The notes under the pieces are model-generated. The model saw only the letters and a list, made by a program, of their open reading frames with translations, was not told the origin of the DNA and made no database searches. This document shows, one piece after another, positions 1 through 7,364 of a stretch of DNA of 29,436 nucleotides. Position 1 is the stretch's first letter, and each line of letters opens with the position of its first letter. The position numbers and the translations under genes were made by a program. This DNA comes from Candidatus Aenigmatarchaeota archaeon (GTDB lineage Archaea > Aenigmatarchaeota > Aenigmatarchaeia > GW2011-AR5): assembly GCA_043799385.1 (NCBI GenBank), contig JAZDNV010000006.1:1-29436 (forward strand), given 5' to 3'.

Positions 1-61
1 GTTCTTGAAGTAAAGTCAAATTCTTCGAAGCGAATAAAAATCGGCTCAAGGGTGGTCTTCA

Positions 62-361
62 ATGAACTTCGATGAAAGAGTTCTCGCATTGCTGAAGAAA
101 ATACCGAAAGGCAAAGTCACTACATATAAATTAATCGCCAAAAAGATGAAAACCAGAGCATACAGAGCGATTGGCAGCGCGTGTCACAACAATCCTAAAC
201 CAATCGTCATACCGTGTCATCGCGTCGTGCGCAACGACGGAACGATAGCTTTCTGCTGCAATAGCTGTTACAGGAAAAGAATTCGATTGCTTAGGAATGA
301 TGGGATAAAAATAAGGAGAAACATGATTGTTGATTTTGAAAAAGTTCTTTTTAAGTTTTGA
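62..361 (+). CDS. ogt: MGMT/Ogt-family methylated-DNA-protein-cysteine methyltransferase (DNA-binding/catalytic domain only)
   Basis: IPKGKVTTY...RAIGSA...NP..IVIPCHRVV; contains the active-site PCHRV motif. Confidence 0.85.
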   Translation: MNFDERVLALLKKIPKGKVTTYKLIAKKMKTRAYRAIGSACHNNPKPIVIPCHRVVRNDGTIAFCCNSCYRKRIRLLRNDGIKIRRNMIVDFEKVLFKF

Positions 362-563
362 TGAACGTGAACCGCGGGACTTTTTTGCCGTCAATTACTA
401 CTTTCTCGAGAAACATCTTTTTCGGTCGAACCCAAAGCGAGCCTTCTCCTGAGCGATAGACGATGAATTCTTCGAGCGTCTCGCTGTGGCGAGCGACACC
501 GATGACTTCGTAGAACTTCCCCTTGTAGTGTTTGTATTTACCGGGCTTCACTTTCATGAACAT
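351..563 (-). CDS. DUF1653 domain small protein
   Basis: GKYKHYKG..YEV..VARHSETLEE..VYR....LWVRP..MF.E.V....PRF matches the DUF1653 signature. Confidence 0.85.
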   Translation of the reverse strand: MFMKVKPGKYKHYKGKFYEVIGVARHSETLEEFIVYRSGEGSLWVRPKKMFLEKVVIDGKKVPRFTFIKT

Positions 564-609
564 ACTACAGTCTAAAATTATAAAAATTAAGGAAAAGAAA
601 AAAATAAAA

Positions 610-738
610 TTAGATTTTTAGCATACCACTGGAACAAATAGGGCATTTCATTGCTTTGTAACAGCATTCGAACTCACAACCCTGGCATTTCCATAACTGA
701 ATGTATAATTTTTTGTATTTAGCTTTTTTCCTAGCCAT
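610..738 (-). CDS. Small zinc-ribbon/rubredoxin-like protein (42 aa), not in ORF track
   Basis: Translated by hand: MARKKAKYKKLYIQLWKCQGCEFECCYKAMKCPICSSGMLKI*; WKCxxC...CPxC motifs; GGGGGT SD-like sequence just upstream. Confidence 0.7.
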   Translation of the reverse strand: MARKKAKYKKLYIQLWKCQGCEFECCYKAMKCPICSSGMLKI

Positions 739-812
739 TCAACCCCCATTACAAAAACATCACGTTAGAACTAATATTATATATGTGCTTGCTTAGTATA
801 TATAGTTTAGAA

Positions 813-1991
813 TTACGCAAGCTTCAGAAGCGCTGGAACGTATTTTATCATCTTAGGATTCTTTCTCATCAATTTTACAAACGAGACGAATTTTCCTGCC
901 ATCAATTCCATAACATCCTCGCTATTTAACAATGCGGCTAATTCGTTCATCTCTTCGTCGCCTAATTTTTCAATAAATTTTCTCAGCGCCAGAAGTTTGC
1001 TCATCTTCTTGCCGAATTCCTTGTCCCATAGCTTGTCATACTCGTGCAGATTTTTTTCGCTGTAATCTTTTTCTTTCCATGCAGCGACTGCAACGCTGCC
1101 AACGATTTTCGCTGATGACATTGACAATCCGATGCCGCCGCCGTGTATCGGATTTACCTGCCTTGCTGCGTCGCCCACGACCATGAAATTATCCTTGACC
1201 CATTTTTCAGGCGGTCCGCCGACAGGCACGGCGCCTATGTTGACTTCGATTATCGAGCCATTATTATAATTCATTTTCTGCACGAAATTTTTCAGATAAT
1301 CAATCGCCGTTCTTGCGATTGATGCGCGGACACCAAGACCAACGTTAGCGCTATCGCCCTTAGGAAAGACCCATGCATAGCCGCCAGGAGCGATTTCATT
1401 TCCGAGATAGATTGCTATCTTTTTAGCGTCAGGAACTTCGACGTTGCTCATCTCGTACTCCGCGCAGGACGTTATGTCAAAAAGATTTATCGTAGTATTC
1501 AATCCGGCTTTTCTGGCGAGCACAGAGTCAACGCCATCAGCAGCGATAATCAAATCAGCATATATGCTTTCTTTTTTTCCTAGGTGGTCGACGACCACGC
1601 CTGAAATCTTTTTTCCATCCATTATCAAATCCATGACATCGTTCGCCGCCCTAACATTCGCACCGGCTTTTGCCGCTTCAATCGCGAGATATTTGTCAAA
1701 GACCTTTCGCTCAATGACGAATCCTTTATAACCGGTTACTTTGACGCTCGTTCCGTCTGGTGAATAAAGCAACGCGCCGTTTATGTTGCTCCTTATCCAC
1801 AAATCATTTGGCTTCATGCCGATTGCCTTCAGATTGTGCAAGCCTATTCCTTCGCCGCAGCGCTTGATATGGCCAATTTCAGTTTTTCTGTCGATGAGAA
1901 GAACTTGCATACCGGCTTTTGCCATAAATCTTGCAGCAGTAGAGCCAGCAGGGCCTGCACCTACTACAATAGCATCATATTTGGTGTTCAT
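813..1991 (-). CDS. Digeranylgeranylglycerophospholipid reductase (geranylgeranyl reductase family flavoprotein)
   Basis: YDAIVVGAGPAGS FAD-binding motif, CGEG, IIAADG, PGGYAWVFPKG, VGDAA..VNP.HGGGI; start placed at the ATG overlapping the ferredoxin stop (ATGA). Confidence 0.9.
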   Translation of the reverse strand: MNTKYDAIVVGAGPAGSTAARFMAKAGMQVLLIDRKTEIGHIKRCGEGIGLHNLKAIGMKPNDLWIRSNINGALLYSPDGTSVKVTGYKGFVIERKVFDKYLAIEAAKAGANVRAANDVMDLIMDGKKISGVVVDHLGKKESIYADLIIAADGVDSVLARKAGLNTTINLFDITSCAEYEMSNVEVPDAKKIAIYLGNEIAPGGYAWVFPKGDSANVGLGVRASIARTAIDYLKNFVQKMNYNNGSIIEVNIGAVPVGGPPEKWVKDNFMVVGDAARQVNPIHGGGIGLSMSSAKIVGSVAVAAWKEKDYSEKNLHEYDKLWDKEFGKKMSKLLALRKFIEKLGDEEMNELAALLNSEDVMELMAGKFVSFVKLMRKNPKMIKYVPALLKLA

Positions 1992-2149
1992 GCAATCACA
2001 CCCAACGGACACGCTTTAACGCAGATGCCGCATTTAGTGCATTTCTTTGCGTCAATAACAGCTGATTTATCTTCAACTATACGAATCGCGAAAAACGGGC
2101 AAACGGCAACGCAAGTGCCGCATGCGGCGCAGTTATCTCCTACTTTCAT
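1988..2149 (-). CDS. 2[4Fe-4S] ferredoxin (53 aa), not in ORF track
   Basis: MKVGDNCAACGTCVAVCPFFAIRIVEDKSAVIDAKKCTKCGICVKACPLGVIA*; two CxxCxxCxxxCP motifs. Confidence 0.92.
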   Translation of the reverse strand: MKVGDNCAACGTCVAVCPFFAIRIVEDKSAVIDAKKCTKCGICVKACPLGVIA

Positions 2150-2200
2150 CTTTTCTAATTGGATAAAAAGTTTTTAATTGTTTCTATTTGAATTGTTAGT

Positions 2201-3592
2201 ATGATGAGGTTCTTCAACACGATGACGAGAAGGAAGGAATCGTTCACAATAGGCAAGGAAGTCAGAATCTACACATGCGGTCCGACTGTCTATGACTTTG
2301 CGCACATAGGGAATTTCAGGACTTATCTATTCCAGGATATGCTCAGGCGCTATTTAAAATTCAAGGGCTTTGGGGTGAAGCAGGTGATGAATATAACAGA
2401 TGTCGATGACAAGACGATAAAGGGCTCGGTTAAAGAAGGAATAACGTTGAAAGGGTATACGAGAAGGTACACTAACGCGTTCTTTAACGACCTTGATGCA
2501 TTGAGAATAGAAAAAGCTGAATTCTATCCAAAGGCGACTGAGAATATAAAAGAGATGATAGAGCTAGTAAAAATACTTATTAAAAAAGGTTTTGCCTACA
2601 AGAGCAGTGACGGAATATATTTTGATATCTCGAAATTCAAAAACTATGGCAAGCTCGCAAATATGAAGACAAAGGACCTGAAAGACGGCGCAAGAATCAA
2701 TAATGATAATTATACCAAAGACGAGGCAAAAGACTTTGCGTTATGGAAATACTGGAACGCTGCGGATGGCGACGTTTTCTGGAGCGATGATGACATACAA
2801 AAAGGCCGACCTGGTTGGCATATAGAGTGCTCGGCAATGTCAAAAAAGTATTTGGGCGAAATTGACATTCATTCAGGCGGCGTCGATTTAATCTTTCCGC
2901 ATCACGAAAACGAGATAGCGCAGAGCGAGGCGGCGACGGGCGAGAAATTCGCAAGATACTGGCTTCATTCCGAGCATCTGCTCGTTGACGGCAGAAAGAT
3001 GAGCAAGTCCTTGAACAATTTCTTCACGCTTCGCGACATCATTGAGAAAGGATACGACCCAATCGCATTTCGCTATCTCTGCCTTTCTTCGCACTATCGC
3101 CAGCAGATGAACTTCACGTTCAAAGAACTAGACTCTGCCAAGAAAACGCTGGATAACTTCAACGACTTCATCAGGAAGGTAGAGTTCCTTATGGACAGGA
3201 CAAAGGCAAAGGAGAATGAAGAAATTCTGCTATTGGTCGATGAAACGAAAGAGAAATTCGAAGAGCATATGGACGACGATTTCAATTCGCCGATGGCATT
3301 AGCGGCGATATTTGACCTGATAAAGATTGTAAACAAGGAGATTGAAGAGAATCGTGCGGACGCAAAATCGCTGAAAAAGGTTCATGATTTTCTCATGAGT
3401 GTAGACAAGATTCTTGACATCATCGAAGAGCGCGAGCCGCTGACCGTTGCGGAAAAGAAGTTGATAGAAGAACGCGAGCAGGCAAGAAAGAAAAAGGATT
3501 TCAAAAAAGCAGACGATATACGCGAGAAATTAAAGAGGCGGCTGATAATTCTCGAAGATACACCTTATGGACCTGTCTATAAGAAGGTATGA
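2201..3592 (+). CDS. cysS: Cysteine--tRNA ligase
   Basis: YTCGPTVYD, HIGN, GRPGWHIECSAM, DLIFPHHENE, KMSKS. Confidence 0.97.
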   Translation: MMRFFNTMTRRKESFTIGKEVRIYTCGPTVYDFAHIGNFRTYLFQDMLRRYLKFKGFGVKQVMNITDVDDKTIKGSVKEGITLKGYTRRYTNAFFNDLDALRIEKAEFYPKATENIKEMIELVKILIKKGFAYKSSDGIYFDISKFKNYGKLANMKTKDLKDGARINNDNYTKDEAKDFALWKYWNAADGDVFWSDDDIQKGRPGWHIECSAMSKKYLGEIDIHSGGVDLIFPHHENEIAQSEAATGEKFARYWLHSEHLLVDGRKMSKSLNNFFTLRDIIEKGYDPIAFRYLCLSSHYRQQMNFTFKELDSAKKTLDNFNDFIRKVEFLMDRTKAKENEEILLLVDETKEKFEEHMDDDFNSPMALAAIFDLIKIVNKEIEENRADAKSLKKVHDFLMSVDKILDIIEEREPLTVAEKKLIEEREQARKKKDFKKADDIREKLKRRLIILEDTPYGPVYKKV

Positions 3593-3603
3593 GATATCTC
3601 TCC

Positions 3604-3846
3604 TCATTCTTTTCTGATTCTCTCCATCTTTGTTTTGCGCGACAGTGACTTGAACATAATTTCATGTTTCATTGCCTTCGACCTGCTAGGAAAAGACCAC
3701 TTAGCTACAATTTTCACGGGCAAACGGCTTCTCGTATATTTCGAGCCCTTCCCGTCATTATGCAGTTTCAGTCTTTTTTTCAAGTCATTCGTGTAACCCG
3801 TGTAGAATGAGCCGTCCCTGCATTTCAGGACATAAACGTAGAACAT
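3604..3846 (-). CDS. Small stand-alone GIY-YIG nuclease family protein (UPF0213/YazA-like)
   Basis: YVYVLKC.DGSFYTGYT.DL..R...HN.GKGSKYTR.R.P. Confidence 0.9.
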   Translation of the reverse strand: MFYVYVLKCRDGSFYTGYTNDLKKRLKLHNDGKGSKYTRSRLPVKIVAKWSFPSRSKAMKHEIMFKSLSRKTKMERIRKE

Positions 3847-3878
3847 TTGATTAATTCCTTAGTGATTTATAAAAAGAG

Positions 3879-3976
3879 TGGGCTCGCCCGGATTTGAACC
3901 GGGGTCTCATATGGGATTTCTCCGCTGAGAAATGCTCCCTAAGCACGGATCCTAAACCAAACTAGACTACGAACCC
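3879..3976 (-). tRNA. tRNA-Pro (anticodon AGG) with a 23-nt intron at 40/41 (3911-3933)
   Basis: Acceptor stem GGGTTCG/CGAGCCC-A; T-arm CCCGG-TTCAAAT-CCGGG; anticodon arm CGTGC-TT-AGG-GA-GC|ATG restored after removing the intron; clean bulge-helix-bulge (GGGA/TCCC); mature length 75 nt; CCA not encoded. Confidence 0.9.
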
Positions 3977-4022
3977 AATGTCTTGTAATTATTCATGTTC
4001 CCAAGATTTAAAAATAGTCGAG

Positions 4023-4129
4023 TGGGCTCGCCCGGATTTGAACCGGGGTCTCAATTAGGCTTCTATCAGCTTTTCGCTAATAAAATGCTCCCAAAGCTCG
4101 GATCCTAAACCAAACTAGACTACGAACCC
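4023..4129 (-). tRNA. tRNA-Pro (anticodon TGG) with a 32-nt intron at 40/41 (4055-4086)
   Basis: Same body as the neighbouring tRNA; anticodon arm CGAGC-TT-TGG-GA-GC|TTG after splicing; 10-bp intron hairpin; relaxed BHB; mature length 75 nt; TTTAAAT TATA-like box upstream. Confidence 0.92.
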
Positions 4130-4160
4130 TTCTAGAATAAAGTACAAAAGAGGATTTAAA

Positions 4161-4817
4161 TCATTTGTTCATGACATTGCAAATATTCCTGTAAACAATG
4201 TCCATTGGTTTCTTTGCATTAATCTCAATCAAAACGCCATGGTAATGAACGTCCAGGACATTTTCCAGCCCCTCGTATGAATCGAGTCTCTGTGAAAAAA
4301 GTTCTATAGAATCGCTGATTCTTCTTTGCAATCCGCTGCCGCACCTGTCGCATCTGCCTGGCACCTTTGGCGTAACAAGGGCAAGGTTGCATTCTGCGCC
4401 ACAACCGCTATTGCTGCAATATCGCCTGCTAGTCAGCCTTTTGAATGTCTCGTCGGTCATAACTTTCAATTTTATTACATAAGCTATATCCGCATATTTG
4501 TCCAGTTCCATTGCCTGGCCAAAACTCGAAGGAAACCCGTCAAGAACGAAACCGCGCGTTGCTTCTTTTACCTTTGGCAACACCACTGCATTCACTTTTT
4601 CATCTGGTATTACAATCAAATGGTTAAGCAGTACGCCCCTTTTATTTGTTAACTGCAGATACATACCCAATCTTTCATCGCTTTTAGCGGCTTCCCTGAG
4701 CAAATCGTCTGCAGATATTTTTTCCAATCCATAGTTCTTTGACAGCATTTCTGCCTGAGTGCTCCTGCCACTGCAGGGCGGTCCAATAAGCACTATTCTC
4801 ATGTCTTTTGATTCCAT
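4161..4817 (-). CDS. Adenylate kinase-like protein (bacterial-type with Zn LID), degenerate motifs
   Basis: RIVLIGPPCSGRSTQA, GFVLDGFP, RLTSRRYC...C...CDRCG LID; start chosen at the ATG after a GGTGA SD. Confidence 0.75.
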   Translation of the reverse strand: MESKDMRIVLIGPPCSGRSTQAEMLSKNYGLEKISADDLLREAAKSDERLGMYLQLTNKRGVLLNHLIVIPDEKVNAVVLPKVKEATRGFVLDGFPSSFGQAMELDKYADIAYVIKLKVMTDETFKRLTSRRYCSNSGCGAECNLALVTPKVPGRCDRCGSGLQRRISDSIELFSQRLDSYEGLENVLDVHYHGVLIEINAKKPMDIVYRNICNVMNK

Positions 4818-4935
4818 ACCAATCACCGATGCATTACTACAAATATCCCATGGTATGCGATAGGTATTTAACTACTGCGGTGTGACAGTAACTCTTAAAT
4901 AGTCATCCTGCATTTTCCAAAGAACCTAGTTTAAA

Positions 4936-5475
4936 TTAAATAACATTGATTATTTTCTTGACGCTTTCCCTTAATTCGTTTATCGAACCATCGTTCATTA
5001 CTTTGAAATCTGCATTCGCAATTGTCTTTTCCTTGTTCGTATTCATTATCTCTGCCATATCGCGTGTTTTTGCTTCGTTTTGCGTCAGAGGCCTTATCGC
5101 CCTCGCTGCCAATCTCTTGTATCTCAGTTCAGGTGCAGCGTTTATGGCGACGACACTGATGTTTGGGTATTTTTTCTTAAGGTACATGTATTCCTCAAGG
5201 CTGTACATACCGTCAATAACAACGTCTGACTTTTTCAATGCATCATCTATCCTTTTATCATTGAGCTTAGCGTATGCATCCATGCCACATTTTTTTCTTA
5301 ACGCCTCTCTAGCTGCTCGCTCGTTTTCCTCGTTCAGAAGCAATCCCTTCTTTTTGACAAACTCGTCTGTCACATCGCCGAACCTTATTTTCACGAAACT
5401 GTGTTTTTCAAAAATCCTTGCCGCTTCGCTTTTTCCGGAACCAGGCATACCGACAATTGCAACGAGTTTATTCAT
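4936..5475 (-). CDS. P-loop nucleoside monophosphate/dephospho-CoA kinase-like protein (UPF0200-like)
   Basis: VAIVGMPGSGKS, FGD, VVIDG, RYKRLAAR, RD..E, AD..V.NDGS..EL. Confidence 0.8.
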   Translation of the reverse strand: MNKLVAIVGMPGSGKSEAARIFEKHSFVKIRFGDVTDEFVKKKGLLLNEENERAAREALRKKCGMDAYAKLNDKRIDDALKKSDVVIDGMYSLEEYMYLKKKYPNISVVAINAAPELRYKRLAARAIRPLTQNEAKTRDMAEIMNTNKEKTIANADFKVMNDGSINELRESVKKIINVI

Positions 5476-5526
5476 TTTAATCATTTTTAAGCTCAAGCAT
5501 TAAAAACTTGATGCCATAAACTTATT

Positions 5527-6345
5527 ATGGCACTGCGCGATTTGCTGAAGAATAAACTGATTGATAAAGAACTCAATCTAGTGCCGACATCGTTCGACAT
5601 AATCGGCAACAAAGAAAAAGCCGTAGCGATAATAGAGCTGCCTGACGAACTGAAAAAGAGGCAGGAAATTGCCAACGCGCTGATGAAACAGCATAAAAAC
5701 GTGCGTTCCGTGCTGCTGAAGAAGTCGCCAAGAAGCGGCGTGTATAGAACAATGAAACTGCGTTTGATAGCCGGAGATAAAAACACAGTCGTAACGCATA
5801 GCGAATCCGGTTGTCGATTTCTGCTCGATCCGAGAAAAGTCTATTTCTCGCCGCGTGAATCCGCAGAACGTATGCGAATAGCAGAAAAGGTGAAAAGCGA
5901 TGAAACCGTAATGGTCTTCTTCGCCGGCATCGGACCGTTTGCAATAGTAATCGCAAAGAAATCAAAGCTGAAAAAAGTCATTGGAATAGAGATAAACCCT
6001 GCTGCAGTAAAATACTTCAAGAAGAATGCTAAGCTGAACAAAATAGAAGCAGAAATAGTGAAAGGCGACGTCAGGAACGCTGCAAAAAGATTTTATGGTT
6101 CCTGCGACCGCGTGATAATGCCATTGCCCGAGACATCGATAGATTATCTGGAAGAAGCAATAAACTGTTTAAAGTGTGATGGAATAATACATTATTACTG
6201 CTTTGCCGAAGAAGATAAAATAAATGAAGTGAAGAAGCGTATACAGGCAAAGACGAGGAAAAAGATAGAATTCATCGAAACGAAGAAAGTTTTACCATAC
6301 GGACCGAGGATATGGAAGTATAGGATAGATTTTGTGGTTAAATGA
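5527..6345 (+). CDS. Trm5/Taw2 (Met-10+) family tRNA-modifying SAM-dependent transferase
   Basis: SFDIIG, H.E.GC.F.LD..KVYFSPR...ER.RI, FFAGIGPF, EINP.A, DRVIMPLP, IIHYY. Confidence 0.85.
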   Translation: MALRDLLKNKLIDKELNLVPTSFDIIGNKEKAVAIIELPDELKKRQEIANALMKQHKNVRSVLLKKSPRSGVYRTMKLRLIAGDKNTVVTHSESGCRFLLDPRKVYFSPRESAERMRIAEKVKSDETVMVFFAGIGPFAIVIAKKSKLKKVIGIEINPAAVKYFKKNAKLNKIEAEIVKGDVRNAAKRFYGSCDRVIMPLPETSIDYLEEAINCLKCDGIIHYYCFAEEDKINEVKKRIQAKTRKKIEFIETKKVLPYGPRIWKYRIDFVVK

Positions 6346-7364
6346 ATCCAATTAAAAAATACCCTGAAATGGTATCTGAAGCGATAAGAGCTTCAAAAAA
6401 AATTAATTTACCAAAGTTTGATTTCGACAAGATAGTGTTCTTCGCTATTGGCGGTTCGGCGATAGTCGGTTATTTCATAAAAGATATGCTGAAATATGAT
6501 TGTAAAAAGCCGATAGAAGTCTTCATTGATTACCGCATTCCAAAGTTTGTAGATAAGAAAACACTGGCAGTTTTAATAAGCTACTCTGGAAATACGGAAG
6601 AACCGTTGAGCCAATTTGTAGAGGCATTGAACCGTAAATGCAAGATAATTGGCGTTACGTCAGGCGGAAAACTCGAGGAATGGTGCACTAAATTAAAATT
6701 GCCGCTCATTAAAGTTCCTGGAGGCTATGAGCCGCGCTACGCTGCACCACTAATGCTCATACCGTTGGTCGCATATTTTGAAAAGATCGGTTTGGGAAAA
6801 TTCAAAAAAGATGTAAACGAGTGCATCGGTGCCTTGAAAAAGATAAATCACAGCGAACTGGATAGGATTGCAAATAATCTGAACGGCCGTGACATAGCTG
6901 TTTATGGCCCGAACGACTTCGACGGCGTTGTCAGAAGATTCAAAAATGATTTCAATGAGAATTCAAAGCTTCTGATAGCTTGCAACACGTTTCCAGAGAT
7001 GGACCATAATGATATCGACGGTTTCGAAATACCAGAGAATAACAGGAATCGAGTCGTTCTTCTATTGAGAGACAGGGATGAAAGTTTCGAGATGAAAAAT
7101 CGCATCGATATAACGAGAGATGTCATAAGAAAAAATGTTAAATCAATAAACGAAGTATACGCTGTCGGAAAATCAAGACTGGCCAAAATCGTCTCCTTGA
7201 TTTACATGAGCGGCTACATCACCTGCAAAATCGCAGAGTTGAACAACTTAGATCCGAAGGAAACAAAACTCTTGCATGAAATGAAAAAACAGATGAAAGC
7301 TAAAGTTAACCTAGTTGAAAGGCTGGAAAAAAAGTTGAAATTACCTAAAAAATTATTAATATAA
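6342..7364 (+). CDS. Bifunctional phosphoglucose/phosphomannose isomerase (SIS domain)
   Basis: IGGSAI, ISYSGNTEE, TSGGKL, PR.A, NENSK, FPEM.HN. Confidence 0.85.
   Translation: MNPIKKYPEMVSEAIRASKKINLPKFDFDKIVFFAIGGSAIVGYFIKDMLKYDCKKPIEVFIDYRIPKFVDKKTLAVLISYSGNTEEPLSQFVEALNRKCKIIGVTSGGKLEEWCTKLKLPLIKVPGGYEPRYAAPLMLIPLVAYFEKIGLGKFKKDVNECIGALKKINHSELDRIANNLNGRDIAVYGPNDFDGVVRRFKNDFNENSKLLIACNTFPEMDHNDIDGFEIPENNRNRVVLLLRDRDESFEMKNRIDITRDVIRKNVKSINEVYAVGKSRLAKIVSLIYMSGYITCKIAELNNLDPKETKLLHEMKKQMKAKVNLVERLEKKLKLPKKLLI

Noticed and set aside
1836..2177. 113-aa plus-strand ORF and the many other antisense ORFs in the track (e.g. 4946-5503, 19740-20222, 21210-21743)
   Set aside because: They are shadows of well-supported genes on the opposite strand and have no recognisable motifs.
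3604..3846. GIY-YIG gene as a homing endonuclease for the tRNA introns or mobiliser of the Y-elements
   Set aside because: It is the common ~80-aa stand-alone UPF0213 type, lies outside the introns and is not flanked by the elements; nothing beyond proximity links them.
3879..4129. Long direct repeat that could be attL/attR of an integrated element or a CRISPR repeat-spacer unit
   Set aside because: Both copies are complete tRNA-Pro genes only 46 bp apart, the apparent spacers are BHB introns, and no integrase or cas gene is present.
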